Origin: an uncultured Nitrososphaerota archaeon
GTDB taxonomy: Archaea > Korarchaeota > Korarchaeia > Korarchaeales > Korarchaeaceae
DNA length: 64,000 bases
Reading direction: 5' to 3'
Assembly (NCBI GenBank): GCA_964594835.1
Contig: CAZQNA010000006.1
Span: 64,001-128,000 of the forward strand
A program made the position numbers and the translations under genes. Position 1 is the first letter of the stretch. Every line of letters begins with the position of its first letter. The notes beneath the pieces are model-generated. The model had not been told where the DNA came from. It saw only the letters and a program-made list of their open reading frames with translations, and searched no databases. Shown one piece after another: positions 54,508 through 63,794 of this stretch.

Positions 54508-56313
54508 TCACGGCCTCCTGAGGACGATCAGGCTCTCCGTGGGGATGGCGCCCCTCTCGCTGGACTTGGCGAGGTGCACGTCGAACCTGAGCTCGGGCTC
54601 AAGTCCGGCGAGGTCCGCAAGCTCCTCCATCCAGTCCGCGATCGGGAGCCTCCTCACCTCGCCCCTCACCCTCATCACCTGCTCCGCCCCGATCACCCAC
54701 GTGACCCGGCCCCCTGGCCTGACCACCCTCGCCAACCCCTCGAGGACCGTCGATATCCCCGAGAAGTACCTCAGGAGCGCTGCGGCTAGCTTCGGCCTGG
54801 CGGGCCTGAGCCAGGCGAGGAACTCCCTGACGCCCTCAGGCAGGCCGTCAAGCGCGGACTCGCTCCACTCCCTCGAGCTGGAGCCGCGGACGGAGCCCAG
54901 GGTCTCCCTGTCCACGGACAGGTGGTCGCCGGTGAGCCCCAGGACGTAGAGGGAGTAGAGCTGATCCCCCACGTAGTCTATGGCGGTGAGGTAGGGCGGG
55001 CTGGTGACTACACCGTCGAAGGGTCCCCTCAGATCGGGGGGCAGCCTCTCTAGGACCTCTCCGAGCCTCGTCGAGTCACCCCTGATCACCTCGGCGTCCG
55101 CCGGATTCAGGGGCTTGACCTCCTCCCTGTAGAGCTGGAGGAACCTGAGGGCGAAGCCCATCCTCCTGAGGTGGTCCAGGTAGGTGGAGACCACCTTCTC
55201 GGGGGGCTGCTTGGTGAGCATGCTCCTCATCCAGTAGGCCAGGGGGACCTTGAGGAGGTCGGAGAGGTCTCGGTCCTCCACCCCCCGGCATATCTCCAGC
55301 ACCCTGGCGACCACCCCCAGGGAGTCCCTCCTGACCCGGGACGCCAGCCTCTCGGGCAGCCTCGACAGCAGCTCCTCCACGTCCTCTGTCGAGGGGCGAG
55401 AGCGCAGCTCCTCCTCCACGGAGGAGATCAGCCTCGACACCTCCGAGGGGTCCATCCGGAGCGCCCTGACCTTCACCCTGCTCACCATGGCGAGGAGGGG
55501 GTTGATCTCCACCCCCACCGACCTGATCCCCATGAGGGAGGCCTCCACGTTGAGGGTCCCGCAGCCCGTGAACGGGTCAAGGACCAGGTCGCCCTCCCGC
55601 AGGCCCATGAGGTTCATGGCCGCCCTTATCATCCTCGGGAAGAACTTCCCGTGGATCCCGAAGAACCAGTGGGTCAGGTAGAGCTGCGGGGCCCTTCGGT
55701 CGTCCATGAAGTCCTCTATGGTCTTGAAGAGCCTCGCCGACTCCGCCGAGTAGGGCCTCTTCACCCCCACCTGTAGGTGCCTCAGCCCCCCGCGGAACAT
55801 CCTGTCCACGTCCGACCCGTCCCTCGCGAGCCTGCAGACGAAGTCCGAGAACTCGTAGGCCGTCTGATCAGGGACGACCCTCATGCACCTCCCGCCGTCT
55901 ACCCTGTAAAGGGTCGCCAGCGGGCTCAGCTCGACCTCGGCTCCCCCGCCGGATGGATCGAGCCCCATGTCGGCGGCGGGAGAGTCGTCGTCGCCCCTCC
56001 AGGCCAGGTAGACCTCCCTGAAGTATGAGAGCCTCTCCACACTCCTCAGGAGGCCTCGAGTGGGCTCCAGCCTCCTCGCCAGGAAGCCCTCGAGCGCCCC
56101 CGGGTAGGGGTGCCAGCAGATCCTGTCGTGGAGCCTCAGGTCATCGTCCACGAGGAACCTCAGCTCTCCCAGGAGAACGTCCACGGCGTTTCTCACGTCC
56201 TCTACCGCCGATCCGACGGCGGCCTCTGCCTCAGCCCTGGCCAGGGGAAGCTCTGAGTCGTTCTGGACGTCGTGCTTCAGCTTGAAGTAGGCAATCAGGG
56301 TCCCGCCAGCCAA
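54508..56313 (-). CDS. Amino-methyltransferase (N4-cytosine DNA MTase-like) with an N-terminal extension
   Basis: TH....HGKFFP, VLDPFTGCGT (motif I) preceding VVTSPPY (motif IV). Confidence 0.8.
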   Translation of the reverse strand: MAGGTLIAYFKLKHDVQNDSELPLARAEAEAAVGSAVEDVRNAVDVLLGELRFLVDDDLRLHDRICWHPYPGALEGFLARRLEPTRGLLRSVERLSYFREVYLAWRGDDDSPAADMGLDPSGGGAEVELSPLATLYRVDGGRCMRVVPDQTAYEFSDFVCRLARDGSDVDRMFRGGLRHLQVGVKRPYSAESARLFKTIEDFMDDRRAPQLYLTHWFFGIHGKFFPRMIRAAMNLMGLREGDLVLDPFTGCGTLNVEASLMGIRSVGVEINPLLAMVSRVKVRALRMDPSEVSRLISSVEEELRSRPSTEDVEELLSRLPERLASRVRRDSLGVVARVLEICRGVEDRDLSDLLKVPLAYWMRSMLTKQPPEKVVSTYLDHLRRMGFALRFLQLYREEVKPLNPADAEVIRGDSTRLGEVLERLPPDLRGPFDGVVTSPPYLTAIDYVGDQLYSLYVLGLTGDHLSVDRETLGSVRGSSSREWSESALDGLPEGVREFLAWLRPARPKLAAALLRYFSGISTVLEGLARVVRPGGRVTWVIGAEQVMRVRGEVRRLPIADWMEELADLAGLEPELRFDVHLAKSSERGAIPTESLIVLRRP

Positions 56314-56405
56314 GGGTACCTACCGCCCGCGGACCGGCCGGGGAGTCTGGCCGGGCGCGGGGCCATGGGCGATGGTATATTAAATTCACCGGGCGACCAC
56401 GCCCG

Positions 56406-57119
56406 ATGGAACTGCCGGCGAGCCTGAGGAGCCCCCGCGCGCTGACGGCGCTCATCTTGGCGGTGGCCGGGGCGTTTTCGGCGGGGGTGTTCCTCGCGTG
56501 GCCTCCCAAGACCTACGAGCTTGGACTCGGCGCAGTCTTCGTGGGCTGGATAATCCTCATGGTCTTCAAGGCCGCGAAGGTCGTCTCCAGGAGGCTCAAC
56601 AAGTACATAGCCAGGAAGTTCATCCACTTCACGACCGGGGGGCTCGTGGCGGCCCTCTCCCCCTTCATCTTCGAGACTCCCACCGTCCCGATAGTGGGGG
56701 CGGTCGGGATGGCCCTCATGACAATCCTCCCCCGCGTCTGGGGCCGGGACCTGGACTGGTACCAGGTCAAGGACAACTTCGGGGACACCTGGTTTTGCCT
56801 GAGCTTCGCCGCCCTCTACACCGCCCTGTGGAATGTCGACAAGTGGCTGGCGGTCGTTCCCGCACTCTTCATGGCCTACGGTGACGGGGTCACCGGGGTG
56901 GTCAGGAGCGTGATCTACAGGGACTGGGTCAAGGGGGCGTGGGGCAGCCTGGCCATGCTCCTGGTGTCGCTCCCCATAGGGGCCGCCGTCAAGGGCGTGG
57001 CTGGCGCGATCGCGGCCCTGTTTGCGACGGCGGTTGAGAAGCTCCCCTACATCGACGACAACATAACCGTGCCAGCCGTGTCGGCCGCCGTGCTCTACCT
57101 GCTCCACGCCGCCGGCTGA
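56406..57119 (+). CDS. Dolichol/phytol kinase-like CTP-dependent membrane enzyme
   Basis: RKFIH, GDG, K...GS and DDNITVP motifs. Confidence 0.85.
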   Translation: MELPASLRSPRALTALILAVAGAFSAGVFLAWPPKTYELGLGAVFVGWIILMVFKAAKVVSRRLNKYIARKFIHFTTGGLVAALSPFIFETPTVPIVGAVGMALMTILPRVWGRDLDWYQVKDNFGDTWFCLSFAALYTALWNVDKWLAVVPALFMAYGDGVTGVVRSVIYRDWVKGAWGSLAMLLVSLPIGAAVKGVAGAIAALFATAVEKLPYIDDNITVPAVSAAVLYLLHAAG

Positions 57120-57171
57120 CCCACAGCCCGCTGCCCAAGCGTCGGCGACCGCCGCCCGTTCCAGGGCCGCC

Positions 57172-57636
57172 CTACGGAATGGGGGGCAGGAGTGACTCCC
57201 TATACTCAGCGACCTTGCTGGCTATCCTCAGTACCGCCCCGAGGGCCAGGAGCAGCACCACAAAACGCAGCCTGAGGGACACCGAGACCGCCGTATCCTC
57301 GACCGTCACCGCGACGGAGGGGTTGCCGAGAGACCATATCTGCCCCGCGCTGATCACGTAGACCGCGAGCACGAGGCCCGACAGGGTCAGGGCCGTGGAG
57401 GCCAGCAGCCTCTCGAGTGTCCCCCTGCTGGCCATGGCCTCGACCGCGGCAAGGGCCGCCATCACTATCCCCAGGGCCGCCAGGGTCTTAACGAAGGTCA
57501 CCGGGTCCAACCCGACCCTCTCGACCTCTCGAATGAGCTCAGGAGGCGCCCTCCAGAGCGCCGCCACCGGGAGGGCCACCAGGCTCAGGAGGTAGAGGCC
57601 CGACATCATGAGGCCCTGAGAGACGCCCTCCCTCAC
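57172..57636 (-). CDS. Hypothetical membrane protein
   Basis: About 4 hydrophobic helices; overlaps the upstream stop. Confidence 0.65.
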   Translation of the reverse strand: MREGVSQGLMMSGLYLLSLVALPVAALWRAPPELIREVERVGLDPVTFVKTLAALGIVMAALAAVEAMASRGTLERLLASTALTLSGLVLAVYVISAGQIWSLGNPSVAVTVEDTAVSVSLRLRFVVLLLALGAVLRIASKVAEYRESLLPPIP

Positions 57637-58052
57637 TCCCCGCCACCCCCCAGCGTGCCCGATATCTCCACCCTTAGGAGCCCGCGAAAGGCCGCGACGC
57701 TGAGTCGGAGATCCAGTCGGGCGCGCTCTTCGGTGACTCCTTTGGGGATCGGCACTTCCAGGGACAGGACCCTCGACTCCCCGCGCGGGACTCCGACCGA
57801 CGCGTTCGCAGAGCTGAGGACCTGTCCGTCTCCCCTGATATCCACCGACGCCCCAACGTCCACGTCGACCAGCCCGCCGTTCTCCACCGGTATCCTGAGC
57901 TCCAGCACATCCCCCCTCTGCTCCGCCTCAACTCCGGCCTCCACCACACCCCTCAGGGTGGTCAGCGCCGCATGCAGGAAGAGGACTAGCATGATCAGCG
58001 CGGCCGCCTCGACCGCCACGGCCGCCCCCCTAAGGATCGCGCTGGTCCTCAA
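57633..58052 (-). CDS. Membrane-anchored Ig/LEA-like beta-sandwich protein
   Basis: N-terminal TM followed by alternating beta strands (IPVENGG). Confidence 0.65.
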   Translation of the reverse strand: MRTSAILRGAAVAVEAAALIMLVLFLHAALTTLRGVVEAGVEAEQRGDVLELRIPVENGGLVDVDVGASVDIRGDGQVLSSANASVGVPRGESRVLSLEVPIPKGVTEERARLDLRLSVAAFRGLLRVEISGTLGGGGE

Positions 58053-58103
58053 GACGGATCAACCACCCCGCGCCTGCTACGTATTAACCGCGTGCGCTCG
58101 ACC

Positions 58104-58598
58104 TCAAGAAGCGGGTCGTCCGCTGGGGCGAGGTTCGCGCGCGTCTGTCGATCCCTCTCGGGGATCTCCCCTGATCCTCGCCACCCCCACGGCCGAGGCT
58201 CCGGCCGGACCCCTGAGGACGAACGGGATGCCCCTTATCCTAGGCACTGGCGTCCAACCGCTCAGGCTGCACCTTATGAGCATTAGGGTCCTGCCGTTCT
58301 CCCGGAGCATCTCCACGCTCTCGGGGATCGCGTGTCCGCCCTCCGGAAGTACGATGGACCACCCGGACGGATCCTCGGCCCCCGAGTCAACCCTCCACTC
58401 GCCGATAGCGGCGGCCAGCACGTCAATCCGGGTGACCCCACCGTTGACCTCTGCGGTCGCCCCCAAGACCGCCAGAGCGGGCGGTCTCCTCCCGAACAGG
58501 GCCGGTCGGCTCATGGCCGCCATAGCCGCCGCGGCGGCCAGCGCCGCCGTCAGACTGGCCAGCTGCTGCTCGGGCACCCAGGGGAGGACCGCCCACAT
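58104..58598 (-). CDS. Hypothetical pilin-like protein (start uncertain)
   Basis: Hydrophobic N-terminus, W.I/V strand and LRGPAG matching LYGPQG/IYGPNG in its neighbours. Confidence 0.5.
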   Translation of the reverse strand: MWAVLPWVPEQQLASLTAALAAAAAMAAMSRPALFGRRPPALAVLGATAEVNGGVTRIDVLAAAIGEWRVDSGAEDPSGWSIVLPEGGHAIPESVEMLRENGRTLMLIRCSLSGWTPVPRIRGIPFVLRGPAGASAVGVARIRGDPREGSTDAREPRPSGRPAS

Positions 58599-58738
58599 CA
58601 GGCGCCACTATACCCCACGCTGTATTAAATTACTTTGATAAAGATGGCATATTTAGTTAAGAATATCGCAACATTTTCCGGACTTCATTTGTCACCGCGC
58701 TAAATCGCTTGATCGTCAAGCGCAAGGTTTGAGGGGGT

Positions 58739-59251
58739 TCACGGCCTCGGCCTGAGGGAGTAGAACACCCTCGTTCCGTTCGGCCCGTAGATCGCTATTT
58801 CGTAGCTGTCCGCCGGCGGCACGGAACTCTTCGGGCACCTGAGGCCGAACCCCCCAGACCTCCCCGACGTCTATGGCGGCGTTGTCCTCCAGCCCTGGAT
58901 CAGGCGCGTGCTGCCGCACGTAGCTTGCCCTGACGACGCAAGGCGCCCCGTTGACGAAGACCTGCCACAGGTCGGGTATCTCGGAACCCCCAGCCTCGGG
59001 GTCACCCACCCTGTTGGGCCCAAGGTTCCTGACGAAGACAACGAAGTAGGTGCTGGTCGACGCTCCCCCGCCACGCCTCCCTCCATCGCCTGGAGGTGGG
59101 CCGACGAGGCCACGCCGAACTTGGCGGTCGCCGAGCCTACGGGCCCCTTTCCAAAGCTCACCAGCGCCACGGCCACCATGACGGCGATCATGATGAGGGC
59201 GGCCTCGACGGCCACCCTGCTCAGCCCCGCCCTCTGGGCCGTCATTCCCAT
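58739..59251 (-). pseudogene. Archaeal type IV pilin-like gene with two homopolymer frameshifts
   Basis: RAG|LSRVAVE class III-like signal. Frameshifts at C5 (59065-59069) and C6 (58850-58855); the repaired product aligns to its neighbour (VRNLGP, W.V.V, IYGPNGT). Confidence 0.7.
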
Positions 59252-59763
59252 CACCCGGGGTGGTAGGCGTACACCGTGAAGGTCCCCTGTGGCCCGTAGA
59301 GCTTCACCAGGTGGCTCTCCTTCGAGGTGGCGTAGATCGAGGAGCTGTAGGATCCGTCGAACCTTGTGCATAGGTTGTCCCTCCAGGTCAGCCTGTCCAC
59401 CTCGTCGACCGAGAGAACGTCGTCTCCCCCGACATCCACCCGGCTCGGCTCCCCGCAGTAGTCGTCGACTATCAGCACCCAGGCCCCCCTGAGGCTCGCG
59501 TTCCTCAGCTCGATGGGGCCGGCGTTCCTGACAGTCAGCTCGATGCAGACTCCGGATGTGCACGGCCCCTCGGAGAAGTGGACCCCCAGAACCTCCAGGT
59601 GGGAGGGTGAGGCCGCGGAGGTGGTCCCGAAGAGGGCGCTAGAAGCGTAGGATCCCATGGGGGTGAACATCAGGAGGGCGAGGGTCGCCCCCAGCATCAG
59701 GAGTATCGCCTCGACCGCTAGCCTGGACAGGCCCGACCCTGCCCCGCGCGGAGGGAAGGGCAT
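59251..59763 (-). CDS. Archaeal type IV pilin-like protein
   Basis: SG|LSRLAVEAILLMLG hydrophobic helix, VRNAGP, cysteines and LYGPQGT. Confidence 0.7.
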   Translation of the reverse strand: MPFPPRGAGSGLSRLAVEAILLMLGATLALLMFTPMGSYASSALFGTTSAASPSHLEVLGVHFSEGPCTSGVCIELTVRNAGPIELRNASLRGAWVLIVDDYCGEPSRVDVGGDDVLSVDEVDRLTWRDNLCTRFDGSYSSSIYATSKESHLVKLYGPQGTFTVYAYHPG

Positions 59764-59851
59764 GTCTCTCAGCCTAGCAGGGAGCCCCGTCGGGACTGGG
59801 AGGCGTTTGACACTCCCACGAAACGCTTGAGATTCGAGCGGCCCAGAATAT

Positions 59852-60664
59852 TTACCCGGATGGCTCAGTTGGCGGGGCGATGAAGACGCGACGGGGCGCC
59901 GAGGGGTGAGGAGGCAGTGCCGAACTGAGCCCCCCGAAGTCCTCCTCCCCGGATCCCCAGGCAGAGGCCGCGTAGATTAGGAAAGCACCCGCCGCAGCCC
60001 CCAGGAGGCAGGGGAGCAGGGTCTCGGCCGTCGAGGCCGCGAGCAGCGGGAGGAAGGCGGACATATAGCTCAGCGTCCAGGCCCGGCTGGCCCCCTTCGG
60101 TGATCCCGAGAAGAGGAGCGCGTGGGTCCAGGAGGAGAGCGCTGAGACGACGAGCCACCCCAGGAAGTTCAGAGGGGGCACGCCGAACCACGTGATCCCG
60201 GACCCGACCTCCCACGACCAGGCCCCCAGCTCGACCATGACGGGGTCGGCCGCCAGGTCTATGGCGACCATCATCCCGGAGGCCAGGGCGACCCTCCGCC
60301 ACCCCGACGCGAGGGAGGCGGCGGACGAGTAGCAGAGGAAGAGGTAGATCCCCCAGGCCAGCACGATCGGGACCGGGACCCCCAGGACCTCGGGGCCGAA
60401 GTCGGAGTAGGAGTACCTCCCAAATGGGACCCCGTACCTTACCCCGACGGCCTCGAACGCGAGGCCCACGGCGGAGCCGATGAGGGGGAGAGCCAGGGCC
60501 TCCCTCCAGGCCTTCGATGAGAGGGCCAGTGAGGCCGCGAACGCGAGGGTCAGCGCCACGTCCGCGGCCCCTCGACTCCACGCGACGGACAGCGCCGCGT
60601 TCAGAGCGAACCCAAGGGCCATGACGAGGGCCGCCGCCCGATCTGGGTCTGCCGGGAGCCTCAC
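59852..60664 (-). CDS. CruF-like (DUF422) isoprenoid/carotenoid hydratase family membrane protein
   Basis: E..GV..G.PFG.Y.Y, GVP..I.LAW, DL..DP and GVP..NFLGW motifs. Confidence 0.85.
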   Translation of the reverse strand: MRLPADPDRAAALVMALGFALNAALSVAWSRGAADVALTLAFAASLALSSKAWREALALPLIGSAVGLAFEAVGVRYGVPFGRYSYSDFGPEVLGVPVPIVLAWGIYLFLCYSSAASLASGWRRVALASGMMVAIDLAADPVMVELGAWSWEVGSGITWFGVPPLNFLGWLVVSALSSWTHALLFSGSPKGASRAWTLSYMSAFLPLLAASTAETLLPCLLGAAAGAFLIYAASAWGSGEEDFGGLSSALPPHPSAPRRVFIAPPTEPSG

Positions 60665-60732
60665 CGGTGTCCCCGGATCAAGACGCCCAAAAAGCCGACG
60701 CCCCTAGTCTACGACATCTGTATAATTGTTGA

Positions 60733-60759
60733 TGTTACGAAAATGCTTATTTGGTAACA
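60733..60759. promoter_or_regulatory. Spaced inverted repeat TGTTAC-N15-GTAACA over the ABC operon promoter
   Basis: The arms extend to a 9/10 match (TGTTACGAAA / TTTGGTAACA) in AT-rich intergenic DNA. Confidence 0.6.
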
Positions 60760-60783
60760 ATAGTTCGCGGCCTCCGAGCCGGA

Positions 60784-62382
60784 ATGAGTCGCCTCGGACT
60801 GGCTGTCTCGGCGCTTGTGCTCGCGTCTCTGGCGGTCCTGGCGGTCTACCGGTTTGCGGGGGCGGGGGTGTGGGGAGAGAGGGGAGAGGAGAAGATGGTC
60901 ATCGCCTGGGGGGACTGGGGTCAGCCGAACCCCTTCTCCTTCTACCCCCGGGGGCCCGGATACGTCGTGACCAGCCTGATCTTCGACACGCTGGTGTGGA
61001 AGGACGAGGGCGGCCTGACGCCCTGGCTGGCCGAGAGCTGGTCGGTCTCGCCTAACGGCACCGTGTACACGTTCAGGCTGAGGGAGGGCGTGAGCTGGCA
61101 CGACGGGGAGCCTCTCACGGCCCGGGACGCGGCCTTCACGTTCAACTACCTGAGGGGGAAGGGGTGGAGGTGGAAGAACGTCGACCCCTCCCTCATCGTC
61201 GGGGCGGAGGCCGTGGACGGCAGGACCCTCGTGATAAGGCTCTCCCGACCGTATCCCCTCTTCCTCGAGACGTACGCCTCCACCGTGTTCATCATACCCG
61301 AGCACGTGTGGTCCAGGGTAGACAACCCGCTCACCTACCTCGAGCCCGACTCCTTCGTGGGCAGCGGGCCCTACGTGCTTGAGGAGTACGAGCCGGGCGT
61401 CGGGTACAGGCTGAGGGCCAACGAGCACTACTTCGCCGGGAGGCTGGCGTACGATGAGCTTGAGCTCAGGGCCATAGCCGACCCGAACACCGTCGCGGCG
61501 GCGATCAGGCAGGGCCAGGTCCACTCGGCAAGCTTCTGGGGCGGCCAGGTCAGGCTCGTCAGGCAGCTCCGGGAGTCCGTGCCGGGCCTGAGGGTGCTCG
61601 AGGGGGACACGTACTGGGTGCTCTACCTGGACTTCAACCACGCCTCCTGGCCGACCAACGCCACCGAGTTCAGGAGGGCGATCGCGCACGCGCTCAACCT
61701 GACGGAGGTGGTCGAGAGGTCCGTCGGCCTGGAGGCCGCCGTGGCGGGGAATCCGGGCTACCTGCCGCCGTACAGCCCGTGGTACAACCCCGACGTCCCG
61801 AGGTACGGCTACGATCCCGAGGCGGCCCTGAGGGAGCTGGCCGACCTGGGGATAGAGGACGTGGACGGGGACGGGCGGCTCGAACTCCCCCACGGCGGGG
61901 ACCTGAGGCTGAGGCTCGTGACCGTCGGCCAGTTCGTCCAGGAGGCCAGGCTCGTGGCTGAGCAGCTCGAGCGGATCGGCGTCTCGGTTGAGGTCCAGGC
62001 CCTCTCGGACTTCTCCCAGCTCGACCAGGTCTCGAGGTCGGGCGACTACGACCTGATGATATCGGGCCACGGGGCCACCGGGAACGACCCCCTCGGGTTC
62101 ACGTGGTACTTCTCGAGGTGGGGCGCCGCCCCCTGGGTGAACGAGACATACGAGGCCGCCCTGAAAGAACTCGTCTCCTCCCGGTCCAGGGAGGAGCTCG
62201 CGCGGGCGGTGGAGAGGCTCCAGGTGATCGTGGCCCAGAACCTCCCCCAGATACCGCTCTACTACCCGAAGACCTACGTTGTCTCCAGGCCCGAGGTGGG
62301 GGTGGAGTGGTTCTTCACCCACATGGGCATCGACGGGGGGATACCGCTCCCGTTCAACAAGTTCGCCCTCCTCCGGGGGTGA
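60784..62382 (+). CDS. ABC transporter substrate-binding protein, family 5 (peptide/nickel)
   Basis: PWLAESW, FRLREGVSWHDGEPLTA.D and GSGPY motifs. Confidence 0.93.
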   Translation: MSRLGLAVSALVLASLAVLAVYRFAGAGVWGERGEEKMVIAWGDWGQPNPFSFYPRGPGYVVTSLIFDTLVWKDEGGLTPWLAESWSVSPNGTVYTFRLREGVSWHDGEPLTARDAAFTFNYLRGKGWRWKNVDPSLIVGAEAVDGRTLVIRLSRPYPLFLETYASTVFIIPEHVWSRVDNPLTYLEPDSFVGSGPYVLEEYEPGVGYRLRANEHYFAGRLAYDELELRAIADPNTVAAAIRQGQVHSASFWGGQVRLVRQLRESVPGLRVLEGDTYWVLYLDFNHASWPTNATEFRRAIAHALNLTEVVERSVGLEAAVAGNPGYLPPYSPWYNPDVPRYGYDPEAALRELADLGIEDVDGDGRLELPHGGDLRLRLVTVGQFVQEARLVAEQLERIGVSVEVQALSDFSQLDQVSRSGDYDLMISGHGATGNDPLGFTWYFSRWGAAPWVNETYEAALKELVSSRSREELARAVERLQVIVAQNLPQIPLYYPKTYVVSRPEVGVEWFFTHMGIDGGIPLPFNKFALLRG

Positions 62383-62390
62383 CCGGCCCG

Positions 62391-62861
62391 ATGGGGAGGG
62401 GACGTGACCCCGCGCACGTCATCGAGCTCAGGCCGATCGGGTACGTCAGGAGGCCCGGCCCACAGCCGAGGGTCAGGAGGTGGACGAAGGAGGACGTGTT
62501 CGAGCACGACGAGGAACTCAGGAGTCAGGAGGTCACGGTGGAGGTGCTCCCGGAGTACGGCGACGCCCTTGAGGGGATCGAGGGGGAGGAGTTCGTCTGG
62601 CTGATATGGTACGCCCACCTCTCCGGGAGGCCCGGGTCGCTGAGGATCCACCCCTACGGAGACCCCAGCCAGCCAGTCCGAGGGATATTCGCCACCAGGA
62701 GCCCGGTAAGGCCCAACAACGTCATGCTATCCCTGGTCAGGCTTGTCGACAGGAGGGGAAACTCTCTGGTGGTCAGGGGGACTGAGGCCTACGACGGGAC
62801 CCCCGTGCTGGATCTGAAGCCGTTCTCCCCGGGACTCGACTCCCCCGAGAGCGTTCCCTGA
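62391..62861 (+). CDS. tsaA: TsaA/TrmO-family SAM-binding beta-barrel methyltransferase
   Basis: LRPIGYV, GIFATRSPVRPN and DGTPVLDLKP motifs. Confidence 0.88.
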   Translation: MGRGRDPAHVIELRPIGYVRRPGPQPRVRRWTKEDVFEHDEELRSQEVTVEVLPEYGDALEGIEGEEFVWLIWYAHLSGRPGSLRIHPYGDPSQPVRGIFATRSPVRPNNVMLSLVRLVDRRGNSLVVRGTEAYDGTPVLDLKPFSPGLDSPESVP

Positions 62862-62873
62862 GGGGAGCTTGAA

Positions 62874-63794
62874 ATGCACAAGGTCATACTCGAGTCCGCG
62901 GCGATCTTGGCCCTGCTCTCCCTGGTCGTCGCCACCGCCGCCTTCGTTCTGGTGAGCCTCGCCCCCGGGGACCCCCTCTCGACGATGGGGGGAGACGAGC
63001 CCCTCCCGCCCGACCAGGTGGAGAGGCTCAGGGCCCTGTACGGGCTCGACAGGCCCCTGTGGAGGAGGTACCTCGACTTCCTTCTCTCGGCCCCGACCCT
63101 GGACTACGGCGTCTCCGTGAGGTTTGGCCTCCCGGTGGTGGAGGTGCTCGGGGGGCCGGCCCTGACTACCCTCGCCCTGGTCTCCCTCTCCGTGGCCGTC
63201 TCGGCCGCCTCGGCGTGGGTGCTGTGGAGGCTCGGCGTCGAGGCGAGGGGGGCGATCGGCAGGGTTGTGGAGGGCCTCGCCTTCGCCCCCTCCTACGCGT
63301 ACGCGGCCGGGGCAGCGGTGCTCGCATACTGGAAGCTCGGCGTGGTCTCCACGATGCCGGAGCTCACCCCCGGCAAGCTGGCCCTGGTCCTAGTCGTCGC
63401 CTCGCTCTCGGCCACTCCCAGGCTCTACCTCGTCTTCAGGAGGACCGTGGAGGAGGAGGTCCGCGGCAGAGAACACCTGGTTACCTCCCTCAGGGCCCAA
63501 GGCCTCCCCGAGAGCGTCGTCAGGGGGAGGCTCGCGGCCATCTCCGCGCCGAGCCTCGTGACCCAGGTGGCGTCGCAGTTCGCCCTGACCCTGCAGGCCA
63601 TGGTCTTCGTTGAGCCTGTGCTCGGGCTCCCAGGGCTGGGGTTCATGCTCATGGAGGCCATCCGCTCCAGCGACGTTCCCCTCCTCGTTGGGGCGTTCAC
63701 CGCGGTCGGCCTCGCGTCGGTAACTTCCAACGCCGCGGGTCACCTCGCTGCCGGCCTGCTGGACCCGAGGCTCAGGGGGGAGTGGCATGGCTAG
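62874..63794 (+). CDS. ABC transporter permease (DppB/NikB-like)
   Basis: APGDP, YGLDRPL..RY, RAQGL, E....LPGLG and LDPR motifs. Confidence 0.9.
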   Translation: MHKVILESAAILALLSLVVATAAFVLVSLAPGDPLSTMGGDEPLPPDQVERLRALYGLDRPLWRRYLDFLLSAPTLDYGVSVRFGLPVVEVLGGPALTTLALVSLSVAVSAASAWVLWRLGVEARGAIGRVVEGLAFAPSYAYAAGAAVLAYWKLGVVSTMPELTPGKLALVLVVASLSATPRLYLVFRRTVEEEVRGREHLVTSLRAQGLPESVVRGRLAAISAPSLVTQVASQFALTLQAMVFVEPVLGLPGLGFMLMEAIRSSDVPLLVGAFTAVGLASVTSNAAGHLAAGLLDPRLRGEWHG

